Shown here in pieces: positions 50,793-63,149 of a stretch of 64,000 bases of DNA. The position numbers and the translations under genes are program-made. The stretch's first letter is position 1; every line of letters begins with the position of its first letter. The stretch comes from Ramazzottius varieornatus (Eukaryota; Animalia; Tardigrada). The stretch is taken from assembly GCA_001949185.1 (NCBI GenBank), contig BDGG01000014.1, forward strand, positions 527,378-591,377, read 5' to 3'. The notes below the pieces were generated by a model. The model was not told the origin of the DNA. It worked only from the letters and a program-made list of their open reading frames with translations, and made no database searches.

Positions 50793-52498
50793 CGAGGGAC
50801 CATTCAGACCATGTTAGTCGCCGATCAAAATATCAATGCTTTCACAAGATAGCTGAGACCCTTGGCTCTCTACAAAGTATGGGGAAGAATGGCAGATGAC
50901 CACTTCCGGGTCTCCCAGAAAATTGAGGAGGAGTACCGTTTATTAATCGGAAATACAAGGAAATACAATGAACTGCTTCCAAAAAACTGAATTTCCGACT
51001 TTTAAATATTCGAACCGAAAACGAATCAATACAAGACGAAAAGACAAACTCTCACAAACCGGATCTACGGTACAAATTGAATTCGGGAGCTCGGCAAACA
51101 AACTCTACATGATCGTTTGTCTCAAGTGGCGCACGCTTCTAGCCAATAACACAGAAAAGCTTACCTCTGTATTGCAAAGTACGTCCACCGTGCATATCGT
51201 AGTTGCAACCGCTTTGGTCCATGTTGGATACGTATGACGGGTCAGCTGCGAGGGTTATCAGCTTCACTCCGGCTACGAATTCGGCTACTGTCTGGCTGAT
51301 GTCGTCCAGCTCTTTAGCGTAGTTTCGAGAAACGAATTTCGTTACTTGCGAAAAACAATCTTGAAAAGCTTCTTCCACTTGTAAACGCAATTATGCGACG
51401 AACCCTTCCAGCCTAACTACTGCGTTTATTCGGATCGCCATCCGACGAATATCTCGATCGCGTACAATCATTCTCCGTTCTTTCATATCATCAAACTCTC
51501 GCTTTACACGCATTCAGATCTGAAGCAGCTTTTCGTTACGACTTCCACACTGTTCCATCTGTTTTCTCCACCGATAAAGGGTCATGAGATCAGGAACACG
51601 TTTGAACTGGGTCTGAACGGACGATAGCTTACGATTCTTCCCTTTCCCTAACGTCCAGAACTGAACAGCTCCTTGTCTTTACGAGAACTCAACATTCTCT
51701 CTCCGAGTTTTCTTTGGGGAATTATCGGGATCATAGGTCGATCCACTTGAAGGCAGCTGACTCGATGCCTCCTCCTCGCGTTGCTCCAGTTCATCCTCTG
51801 CCATCTCGTGTATCTGGTCTACGGTAATTTCCATCGTCTCGTCTTCATCTTCGTATTCCAAAGTGATCTCCTCCGTACTCACATCTTCAGGCGACAAAGC
51901 AGCGCTCCTGAGTAGATCTAAAACGAGAAAGTGGCCGTTAAACCACATTTTGAGAATCCACTCGTACGATAGAGTTCCGAAAGCTCCACTCACCTTCGTT
52001 AAGATCTACCAGCTTGACTTCTGCTTGCGTCGCACCAGATATCGTCGTAAAGTCTTGGAGCCTATCTTGCAACAAATTCAGGATGCTCCGTGGATTTACA
52101 GGCATTGCTGTGGTGTACGGAATATTACAGAGAATGCGTCTATCAGACCGGAAGTCCGGAAACGGAAAATTAATCTGACCGTTGGCTCACAAATTTCATT
52201 CAAATTTCTTGTGATGACATGTTATGCATGACCTGACATCACATGACAGGTATGTGACGTCAACAAGCATTGTGACTTGATTGAGAAATAACTTGATTGA
52301 TTGGATCTTACTCTACGCAAATCTCTCTCAAATCGAGCTCGCCTATTCAGTCTGCCTCGTATTCCAGAATTTCTGCAGAGCCCGGAAGTGGTCATCTGCC
52401 ATTCCTCCCCATGCTTCGTAGAAAGCCAAGGGTCTCAGCTATCTTGTAAAAGCATTGATATTGTGATCAGCGACTAACGTGGTCTGAATAGTCCCTCG
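50793..52498 (-). mobile_element. Tc4/Tc5-like (pogo-related) DNA transposon, defective
   Basis: ~130-bp TIRs starting CGAGGG (50793-~50924, ~52368-52498), 3-bp TSD TTA on both sides. Interrupted transposase reads AVQFW..G...LSSVQTQFKRV..LYRW, IVRDRDIRRMA, VYKWKKLFKIV.RKVTKFVSR (CENP-B-type HTH), NMDQSG..DMHGGRTL (first catalytic D), with stops and frameshifts. Confidence 0.85.
51092..51160. repeat. Half unit of hairpin family A inside the transposon
   Basis: cggcaaacaaactctacatgatcgtttgtctcaagtggcgcacgcttctagccaataacacag, abutting a minus-strand GTAAGC donor at 51164. Confidence 0.8.
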
Positions 52499-52736
52499 TT
52501 AGTTCTTGTTCTCTTGCACCGGTAACATTGCTCCGTCAATTACATCAACAGGCCAGCAAACTAGCCAGGATACGAACGTGTACAGATCAAAATACCTACG
52601 TACGGCTGCCAGCATGCGTATAAATTGGGAATTGCGAAGGATTAAACGGAGCAAAAACTCGCAAAAAATCTCGGGTGATTGTACAAAGCATCCCTCTGGA
52701 TAGAAATATTCTACGTTCTTCTTGGATGTGTGTGCT

Positions 52737-53779
52737 TCACTTCAGTTCTTGATGCAGTCTCCCAGTAGGGTAAAGTGCATGTCCGGCAACGGCGTTGGTG
52801 ACACTTTCATAGCTGGGAGGTGGATCAAAACTACCGGCCACAAGCCCGTATTCCTCCGGAGGCGGATCATATTGAGTCGAGATGGTTAAGCCACTACTGC
52901 CATGGGGGATAGTTTCCCACGAGTCAGTCTCGGTAGTCGGTCGAACCCGCAAGGTCTGCTGTGATCCGTTCATGTCGACGACGCCTTGCCCACCTACGTT
53001 CTCTGCATTCCCATTTGCGGGTAGGTTAAGTAAGTTATCATGATGCATCTTTTTGGCCCGTCTCCATCTGGTGTGGTACACTGCGAAAAGGAGAAAAGGG
53101 ACCATGGGCACAACCAACAAGCTGAAAGCGGCAACGGGCTTCCAGTTCCAGTCTTTCGGCAGTCGCACCATCTGCTGACGCTCCACCGTGGCGCAGATTG
53201 TGTCCACGGAAGCAGTCCCGTTGAACATTTGCAGATCGTCACTGATGTTGAAGGACAGCATAGGACCGAAGATCTTCATCTGCAGGAAGCCGTATGCGCT
53301 GAATAGAAGAAAGCCAAACGTTTCCATGGCCAGCCACCTTAAGGATAGGAGGGAGTGCTGATCTTTGTAGATGATTTGGATCACCGTATTCGAGGTTCTG
53401 TAGTGCACAACGCAGGTAAGGAACACTAAGGCTATAGCCAGGACCATGGCTAGCACGGAGCGATGTACACTGGCCCATGTGGTTATGGGCTCCTCCAGAC
53501 CTAAAGCATGGAAAGAAGAGCGGAAGTACGCGGTTCACCCGTTATACTCCAGATCTGGTTGCGGAAAACAAGGCCATTTTCCGAGCATCGAAGCTTTCAC
53601 TAACCCGAGCATTCGATCCTTTCAAACCAACAGTACCCTGCCAGAGCGCAAATTCCACAGAGTAAAATAGTCCTCAAGACCACCAGCAGCTGAAGAATAC
53701 GAAGCAGCCTTGTAGAACGATGCTCCGAATAATTCGGGCTGGACAGTCCGAGTCTCGGACATAGTCCAGAGAAATTCAT
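52737..53779 (-). CDS. 4-TM protein with PPxY motifs, paralog B (2 exons; start uncertain)
   Basis: SEHRSTRLLRILQLLVVLRTILLCGICALAGYCWFERIECS|GLEEPITTWASVHRSVLAM; RWLAMETFGF..YGFLQ; DPPPSYESV. Confidence 0.75.
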
Positions 53780-54318
53780 AATTACAGAAGGTTCTTCGTT
53801 CTCCAATTGGATAAATTTTTTTAAACTCGCTACGGCTGTGAAGTATCATCTAACATCATACACAAGCACGTTCCTCAAAGACTGATCGATAAGAGTAATT
53901 CACACGGTACAGTGCACCCATACCGGCACAACACGCATCCTCGCGCTGGCGTCAAGTCACGGCTTGTTACGCTGAACATCTTGTCTTTCGAATGTACAGC
54001 GTAATTACCGAAATTCTATTGAATTGACATGGGAGGATGCACTTCTGGAAAACGTAGTTGTACGGCTTAGGGATATTTCTATTTCTTGCAGTTGGTTCTA
54101 TTTTTTATTACATGACACGCACGATACTTCCTTGTTGCAAAAGCGGAATTCAACTCGCTAAAACAGCGCGCAACTACAGTAACACTCCGGACCTCAATTA
54201 AACCTAAGAATACTATACTTTATGGACAAGCTTTGTCAGAGGTCAACTTTCAAGAGCTAGAGCGGCAGTCTAGAGGTTAAGATTCATCCGACAAACTGAA
54301 AGCTGTACATTGAACTTT

Positions 54319-55341
54319 CTACACGTCCGCAGTATCGTTCTTTCCCGCTGCCGCAGCAGCCTGGCGTTCCGCATCCGACTTTGTGACACTTTCATAACTC
54401 GGAGGGGCATCGAGAATGGGAATAGTGGTCACCAGGGGACCTCTTTCTTGAGCAACATCGTACTGAGGCAGATCGTCTTGTCCATGCAGCCTACCATAGT
54501 CTCGCGACAGTGCTACGTCCGCTTCGCAAACGGCCTCCAGCCGCGCCTGATCGCTTCGCCTCTGTGCATCGAACATGCGCAGTCTTCTGGCAGCTCGCAG
54601 GGACTTGATGAACCAAATCATTCCCACAAAACTGAAAAGCAAAAATAGCCCCTCAGTGACTTCACAGATGACCATGATCTTGTACGGGACTGGTTCCATC
54701 TGCGTCTTGTTCAGGGAAAGGCAGGTGATATTCGTAGGAGCTTCGTCCAGAACGGGGTGATCGCTAACAAGGTCGTCCCTGAAATCTGTAAAGCTAAAAT
54801 TCATCTGGAGTCCGCCATAGAACGCGAAGAAACAAAAGCTGATGCTCTCCATGCTGAGCCAACTGAATGTGAGGAGGGAAGAGGGAGCGTTGAAGCAACG
54901 ATGGGATTCCATATTTAGCAGATCGGTGATACGTTTGCGCAACTTGTAGAAGACGGCGAAGACGATCAGCAGAAGGAGTAACGCCAGGGACGGGATGGCT
55001 GTCGTTAGGTACATGGTGTTCCGGGAGATTATGTAGTGTTTGAAGCCTGAAAAACATATTTTATTACAGCCGAAAGAATGGGAGAAGAGGGTAAGAAATA
55101 CATCCGGAAGGAGGGTACGCAGGAATGTGCCTGCCTTTCGTGAACCTGCATACACTTGTCCAAGGTTCGACCGCTAGAACACTAGTATGCATATGCGCGC
55201 TAGTTTACCTTCACACTGGATTCTGTCCAAACTGCAGTAGACGGCCAAGCCCAGAATGGGACAGAGAAGAAACGTCCTCCATATGGCCATCTGGCGAAGT
55301 CCTCGTAACAGTCGGGAAGCATTCTGATCCATATTATCCAT
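54319..55341 (-). CDS. 4-TM protein with PPxY motif, paralog C (exons 55341-55209, 55046-54319)
   Basis: MDNMDQNASRLLRGLRQMAIWRTFLLCPILGLAVYCSLDRIQCE|GF; SWLSMESISF..YGGLQ; LPQY and APPSYESV. Confidence 0.78.
55112..55191. repeat. Intronic hairpin family B copy
   Basis: gggtacgcagg..acctgcatac(55144)-31 nt-gtatgca(55185) within intron 55047-55208. Confidence 0.65.
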
Positions 55342-55829
55342 GGTGGATACCTAAGAAGGTGTATAACAGAACGACAAGTCCTGGGCGAGAAAACTGATAG
55401 AATTAGAAAATAGAAATCACTGTGAAATTGTGGAAACTGCCTGGATCGTGACGTCAGACGGCTTCGACGTGCGGCAGTATGGTGGTTAGGAGTGCTTTAC
55501 TGGTGCTCAATCAAATCAACTGAAACTTCGCACTTTCAAGGCGGATCCCATCATCCCACGAAAGACTCGTCATTTACTCTTCCGAATCCCGACACTGAAA
55601 TTTGGAAACAAACGTTCTGCACCCACAATAGATTTTCTTGAGCAAAACACAAACCTATAAAACTGAAAATATCAAGGACCAATCGAAGATTGGAGGAAAT
55701 GAAGCAAGAGAAGCCTCCCGGAAGTAAACTCGTCCACTCCGACACCATAAAATATAACAAACTACTCTGCGGCAGAAGAAAACTAGATCATCTAGTGAAA
55801 GAAAAAGGACAGCTAAGAGCAAAGTGTAA

Positions 55830-58800
55830 TCAAAGCAACGAATCATGGTTGACTCTGGAATAAACGTGGCCGGAGCCAGGATGGTTCATTCGGTTCTTCA
55901 AAAACGGGCAAAGTCTCTGCACATTCTCGTCAAAACGCTGTTTCGGTCGTCTGAAAAACAAGAAAATATAATTGTTATGAGAACATCGATTCACAGAAAA
56001 ATAGAACAATTTTTACATCGTTCGCAAGTCGTAAGAAAGTTTCTCCAGACTCTTCCCCGTCGTTTCCGGTACCACGAGGAAGATGTAGAGTGCGCTGAAG
56101 ACGTTCACGGCGCTGTAGAGAAGAAAGGTGCCACCCGGAGTCAGGACGGTCATGACGTTGAGGAACGTCAGGGAAACGAGAAGGCTGGATGACCAGTTGA
56201 GAATGTTGGCGAACGACATGGCTCGGCCTTTGATGCCGGATGGATACAGTTCCGTCAGCACCAACCATGTCACTAAAAAACAAAACATGAAATTCACAAG
56301 AATAATTATCGGGGGAGAATATTATTAAGACTTAGAGAACAATGTCGAATCTGTCGTTTAAGAAGGTCTGAGACGTAGGCAAATGATTTCCAGATCGTCT
56401 ATGCGAATGGCGCACGCCCTCAGTAACAACACTGGTAACATACGCCACTTGGGCTAACAATCTTGTTGAGTTTTCCTACTGGCACATGCTTCTAGTCAGT
56501 CGCAATGAAAACGTGCGCTACTTGAGAGAACGATTCGGGTGAAACCATTTACCGACGTCCCATTTTCTTTTCCAGAAAACAAGCGCAAATTGAAATGAAT
56601 TACTTGGTCCAAAGCCGATGGAATATCCAACCACATAGCACAAAAGCGCCAGGAAGCAAACGACAGCTTGGGCTATCCTCGCGGAAGAATGGCTTGAATT
56701 TGTGACGTCACTGGAAATGTTTGATATGTTTTGATCACTATCTGCTTGAAAGACCATAGTCTGTGTGGATGTGTTGGGTGTAAAAGGTGAAGGAAATGTA
56801 AGTTGAGCGTGGGAAGGCAGGAGGGAATGGGGTCGAAGTGAAGTCTCGTTGGTCCGGGAACTCAAGGCCGATGAGGACGGGGAGCAGGGTCGCGGGACGG
56901 AGGGTGGGTGGAACACCGTGGCCAACCCTACTATGGCGATGCTGACGGCCATCACAAGGCAGCCTGTTATGAGGAAAAACCTCCGGCCTTTCTTATCGGT
57001 GATGGAAAGCGCCACGGCGGTCGCCGAAACCTGTGAGAGAAAACATTCATGGCACTCGTGGTTCCCGAAACATTAAGCAACGAAAATGGAACAAAAAAGG
57101 AAAATAAAACAAATATGAGAAAATGACAATTCTGGAACTATCCCACAATACAAGCGCGCGTAAGCCACTTTCCTTGTGGACCCGCGGTGCATGAGATTCT
57201 CTGGTACAGAGGGTAAAAACAGGTCTCGGTCCACATTTCAAGGATATTATTAGGTGGCCTATGCTGGTCCATGAGCTTTTTGTAGCTTCGCTTGCCATAG
57301 TCTGGTCCGTCAGATTTTCGATCCCTGACGCGCGTTTGCCACAACAGTCCGAAAATCGAAGAACAAAAGTTACAACCAAATATTTTGAACCTTGACAACG
57401 CCCAGGCCGAGGGAGGCCAAAGCGGCCCACTTTGAAGCGAAGCCCAACTGTTCGAAGACGACCGACGCGTAAAACAGCATGTTGGGTTGTCCAGAAAACT
57501 GAAAGGAGATTCATGAGTACCGAACATATACAGCAGACCTTCGAGTACAAGACTACAGAAGTATGAGAAGGGATCAAGGGGTCGAAGACGTTTCCCTACC
57601 TGCTGAAGAGCGACGAGGCTGAATCCGATGAGTAAGCGGTACAGCATGTTGTCTTGCGACTTGAACAAAGCCACCGTCCTATACGTCTGAAAGGAATAAA
57701 GGCCATATTCTACATGAATAGAACAGGGAGCCTGGTTTGGAAATACAGTAGAACAGATAGGGACTAACTTACCCCATCCGCCACCAGAGTGTGCCGGATA
57801 GAGACGAACTCGTTCATCGCCTCATTGCGACTTCCTCGGAGGTTCTCCAGAATTAGTATCGCCTCCTTGTCGTACTTCTGCAACATCTTTTCTCGAGGAC
57901 TACATTCAATTACCATAGTCAGATTCTGTACTTGTATCAGAATAGAAGTCAACCGAGTCAGAGAAATTTTCGCTCACCTAGGCGGAAGAAACAAATACGT
58001 CCCGACAATCTGAATGCTGACTGGTATAGCACCAATTGCCATCATTATTCTCCTGCCGCAAAAAAGGAAACAATACAGCCATAGAGGAAAACGCACATAG
58101 TATGTACCGGGAAACTAACCCACCATGAGTGCTTGACTCCCTGAAGGAAAAAGCCACAAACGTAAGCTAAGAGGAACCCAATGGTGATCCCCAGTTCGTT
58201 CAGCCCGACCATAAATCCTCGCTTCTCCTGGAAGAAACAATGCATTTTTGTTTTTCATAAATGTCTTGCACCTCTTGAGAAGGGTTAGAGTGACTTGAGA
58301 AATACTTTAGGAGCAACTTCTGAGACATATATACATTCGGCAACAGCAGCCATCGACATGCCGAACCCTTGAAGGAACCTTGCGGCGGAAAGTGTGTCGA
58401 GGGAGTCCGCGATGCTACCCACGCCTGTTCCGATCAGGAACATGCAACAGGCGATGATGATGGATCGTCTCCGACCACATTTGTCAATCCAAGGGCCTAA
58501 AGCAAAAATCCCAGCATCAGCTTCAATTTTACTTCTGGTCTCGATATTTTCATAGTACTATACCTCCAAAAAACGAGACGACGATCGCTCCACCGATAAG
58601 GCATCCTACCAGAACTTCTTCTTGTTGACAACTGAGCATCCAGTGTTCTCGAAGAGCGTGAAGGATCGCGGAGATGATTCCGATGTCGTACCCGAATGAC
58701 ATTCCTCCGATCAGCGACAACGCGCCGGCAGTCGGAACGATCGGGTACTGGCACCATCTCTTCAGGGTGGACACCGGCTGACTTCCGGTATCAGACGTCG

Positions 58801-59605
58801 TGGAACCATCCATCGAATCCCTAAAACGAGACCAGAGGCCGTTCGTCAAACGGACTCAACATTTCAGAAGAGTAAACTCGGTAAAACTGAGTGGGTACGG
58901 TCAAGGCCGTGCCAGTCCCTCTGAATCTCATATCGAGCTGTGCCGGTACTAAAATCCGTGCTCCCAACCCCTACTATAGCGGAGGGGCTTCAGCGCGAGC
59001 CTGAAAGTGCTGAGAACCCAGCACAGCCCTGACAGACCGGAAGCGGATGCTTACCGTGGCAGTTCAAAAGTAACTTTCAACGCATCGCGGTTTTCTCCAC
59101 CATCCTCATCGTCGGAACTCCTTTTTATTCCGGCCTTCACCAGGATGGGTCTAGGGTTGCTTCTTCGAGGTGTGAGCGTCCTGACGAGCGATCTGAAGGG
59201 AGATTCATGGGAACTCAGCGAAGAGGACGGTTGAGTTCCATCAGCAGTCTGCGTATTTCCGTTCGAATTATCACGCGTAGGTCTTTGAACACTGTCGCTG
59301 ATTGTGGAATTATGGCCAAGTAATATTCCTGCGGGAAAGAAGGCGCGTCATCGATGGCTGCTTATCATTGGAAACTTAAACATGAGTGACAGCAGCTTCA
59401 CGTTCCACATAAAGCTCATGCCAACTTGACTATGAATTGACTATGAAATTGACTATGAAGTCTGTCAGCCCCTTCCAGGCAAGTTGCATTCAACATGGAG
59501 ATATGGGCAGCTATAAGAAGGCGACATACCTGCGTCCCCCGCTTCGTTGGAACTGGCGTCGGATGAACTACTTTGCGCCGATAAAGGTGGATTGTCCGCT
59601 GCCAT
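55830..59605 (-). CDS. Sugar porter MFS transporter, SLC2A10/12 (GLUT10/12)-like, multi-exon
   Basis: [45 protein letters not shown]|TGQPN.LFY, DKKGRR, YSIGFGP|[25 protein letters not shown]. Confidence 0.88.
56378..56554. repeat. Intronic hairpin array, family A (2 units)
   Basis: aatggcgcacg..atacgccacttg; tactggcacatg..cgtgcgctacttgagagaacgat in intron 56273-56603. Confidence 0.8.
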
Positions 59606-60119
59606 GATTTCTGCCACGGCTACCCGAGCGCTAATAATCCTGTAAACGATCCATCATCCCCCAATACCCGCTTTTCCACGTCCCGTACGACGTAGCAACT
59701 TTCTGGCTCCAAGAGAAAAATATCCGACCACGAACTGGGCATCAGCTGGGAAGACGGTTGTGGGAGAAGAAAGACAGTTAACGTTGGTAGTAGGAAATCA
59801 ACCTGTTGACTGAAATTAAGAATACGCCGCTTTGCCGCACCGTAATCAGAGATGCCGCGTCGCAAAATCAGCTGGACTGTCGTCATTCACTTGAAGATTA
59901 TTGTCTTAACCACGCCTTCGCCGACTGAAAGGAAGTCGCGATGACGTCAAACAGAAGATTTGTGTTGATTGTTGATTGATTCACAACAGGCAGAAAGAAC
60001 TGCTCCAGTTCAGTCCAGATTCGAACTTGTCTGCGTAACCAGCGTATGGTGTATCTTCGATCAGATCTTCCAGGCGCCTTGCTTACTCTAACGGAAGGAT
60101 CCGGCAGCTCGACTGATAG

Positions 60120-60845
60120 ATGGCTTCCAAGAAGTTCGGCCAAATAGCCAAGATGTTCGAGAAATATGTCAAGCACGTCAAAGGGATCGAGGGTCTTCTG
60201 AGTACCGTAAGCATCTCTTTCCTCGGATAATTTACTGTTGAATTTCTTCGATGTTGCAAGCTTACCTTCCATTTCGATTAGATTAGGGTAAGCTAGTTTC
60301 ACTGGAGGAAGGAAAGGTCGTGTACGAAATGGAGGTAATGCCTGAGCAGTGCAATGCTGGAAAGACGATGCACGGTGCCTTTGCAGCGTTGCTGGTGGAC
60401 AACCTGACGGGAGCCGCTATATGCACCAAATTAACGACTAACGAGGAGCTACCCATGTTCTCCGGAGTTAGCGTAGCTATGAATCTAAAGTAAGTCGAAA
60501 TACTGACAGCGAGTGGGTATATCACCGTCGAAATATTTGGGAGCTTGGCACGTAAGATTGTCTGTCCAAGTAGCGCACGTTTTCAGTGTTACTGGCTGGT
60601 GGCATGCGCCACGTGGAGGAAACGGTCCAGACGAGTTTTCTTGTAGAGGTTCCGTCTTTTGTTCTTATTTTTCTCGTAGATATCTACGTGCTTCGAAATT
60701 GGGAGAGACAGTCACGGTGACGGCGGAAGTGCTGAAAATTGGAAGAAACCTCGCTGTCGCCCAATGTGACATCGTTGGTAAGGATGACGGCAAGTTACGC
60801 GTAACGGGACAGCATACAAAATTCGTCGGGCAGAATAACTCTTGA
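60120..60845 (+). CDS. ACOT13: Acyl-CoA thioesterase 13 (hotdog fold), 3 exons
   Basis: GKVVYEMEV..EQCNAGKTMHGAFAALLVD, GVSVAMNLK|YL, AEVLKIGRNLA..DI..KDDGKL..TGQHTKFV. Confidence 0.88.
60547..60643. repeat. Intronic hairpin element, family A (1 unit)
   Basis: caagtagcgcacg-ttttcagtgttactggctggtgg-catgcgccacgtg in intron 60490-60679. Confidence 0.8.
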
Positions 60846-63149
60846 ATTTTTTTTTCTGCGATTTAATCAAGAATGTGGCGTCTTGGATCTTTCTTCTTAT
60901 GCTGTTGCTATTGTGTGTGTGGGCTCCTGATGCCACCTTGTTCTGTTGGTGTGCAGTCGCTGCCGGTACTGAACGATGCATGGGTTCCCAAATCGTTTTC
61001 TGCATGGCGTGGGGTTACTATTAGATTTTGTTCCGCTGAGAAATGTACGTAATATCTTATTTGTGAGTTTTCGCGTCGGGCCAACAAACGCAACAAAGTT
61101 GTGTAAATATGTTGATGATAAACGACGCCAGTCAAGTGACCGGTCAACCGCTGTCTAGTCTTTTAGTCTGACCTACGGTGTGGTAGATCTGTTCGTAGAA
61201 CATCACAATCTTCGAATGAAACGGTCTGACAAGTCGTGAGAAATACTGCGCGATCGGGAACTACAGTATTCCGAAACTGCCGCACGGCGGATCAGTAAAA
61301 TCTGTTCAGCTTTCTTTCAATGGATGCATCTTGACCTACCAACTCCCGTCTATCTTGCTGCAGTTCCAGCACCTTCGATGAACTGCCGGATGATTCGAAT
61401 CTTCTGTGTCCAGGCGTGGCGTACGGACGGCGAATCTGCTGGAGTCGAAGACCTCGGGGTCCATGTGGTGCGCTGCGTCCTCGATTACTATTACACTGTT
61501 CGAAAGACTCTTTGCGCGAGGAGTGACGTTAAACTTGTGTTTGTAGTGGACCACGCGATCTGCTTTCGTGAAAGGCAAGGGACGAAAAACATGTCATTCT
61601 CGCCCCTTGACCCCTACCAGTCTGGTCCACTTGGGTGCAGGACAAGTAGTCCCAAGCTTTGTTCAGCGTACACGCTAGAAGAGAAAGTTTGGAACAGGCG
61701 GAAAAGACGGCAAGCTGACAATTCAACCGTAGAAAATTGTCAAAAGTTGCATTGGTGTGAATTGCACACGTACGTACGAACTTCCCTTCCGCTGTTTCGG
61801 AATCGCCTGTTCCAAGCTTTGCCTTCGCGCCTGTACCGGAGAAACTGATCGGTTCGAACAGTTCGACGCGCCAGGTTTTCGAACAGTTCGACGCGCCAAA
61901 ATTGGGAAGCGTAAACGATAGTCGACAGATTCCCCAGTCCCGGTTTCTGAAAACTGGTTCATAACTTACGGGGAAGCAAAGTTGTGCAGCTTGGCTCATC
62001 TCCTTTAATACTGCCTCCGGGTTCGACTCGATTATCTGACAAGCGGCCTTGACTGGGTTCGCTGGCAGCCAGCAGCCTTCGTTGGCGCCGAAGGTGGTAG
62101 GTACTGGCTAGTTGGACGGTACCAGATTATAGCACCCTTTCGCCGTTTCGCGAGCCCTCCAGGTGGCTGATCATAATGGTATCCCGTGACCTTTAGCGGA
62201 GCACACAGGTTAAAAGTCCTCGTCCGAGCCGCAAAGCCCAGAGCCGAATTACAGTAATCGACTGCTACCAATTGGACTATTGGAGCGAAGCCCTCACGAA
62301 TATTCACCATCGGCGCGGGAAGCTGTACTTGTGAGGTCGCCTTCTTCCGTTGACGCCACCGTAACCGTTTACTTCATGTTTTTCGCTGTTGATGTCTGCA
62401 ATTGCAGACAGGACTGTGTGCCAAAATCTTGAACCAATGTACAAGTTGAGCGCCCATCCTTGCATACGCCTTCCGGTGTCTATCTTTTCAACCTTCTCAC
62501 GGCCCAACGTTATCGTAACATGCGCGTTTGAACCACTGCTCCTTATTATTTACTCTTCCTGGATCTTCGGATATCGAGCATGCTTATTTCGACAACACAT
62601 TAGCTGGGTCATTTTTGATGCCGTCAACATTGCTCTGCTTGATTGCTCTGAATCGACTAAACCCAGCCTAACACCGCCCCGAACGTTTGCTACCGTCGCA
62701 GCACGAAATTCTGAAGCGGAGAGGAATGGTCAAGTTCCGCCAAAGGCAAGAGAGGTACCAACGGGCGAAAGGAAAGACCGTGCCAGCCAGCCCTCTACAA
62801 ACTTGGGGTTTTTCGACTTCTCACCAGCGCTGTCAACCTTGTCCTGACAGCCAAAAACTGGTCACCCAACATAAGCATCGCTACGTGGAAGTTCGGATAA
62901 TGATCCAGCCATTAGTTTTAGCCCCACTGCCCACCATGGCGTCTTACCATAATGGTACTGTGGCTGTAGCACTTTGAACGCCTGCTTTTATCAGCGGAGA
63001 ATTGTTCTACCATTCGGATGAGCGTTCTTTCTCTGTTCAATACTTGTTTAATTTTTCCACTGTAATACTCGTTTGTCCTCTCGACATCGGCGAGACTGTT
63101 GAATGGATAGTCCAAGGCTAATAAATTCCTTCCTGTCTACTAGTGGGTA

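Noticed and set aside
59427-59460. Short tandem duplications (ttgactatgaa x3 here; also 6102-6129 and 61853-61898)
   Set aside because: Ordinary slippage-type repeats in non-coding DNA.
59898-60302. 134-aa minus-strand ORF
   Set aside because: It overlaps ACOT13 exon 1 in antisense and the promoter, with no recognisable homology.
60490-60679. Family-A elements as introners (intron-creating TEs)
   Set aside because: The elements occupy only part of each intron and do not supply the splice sites.
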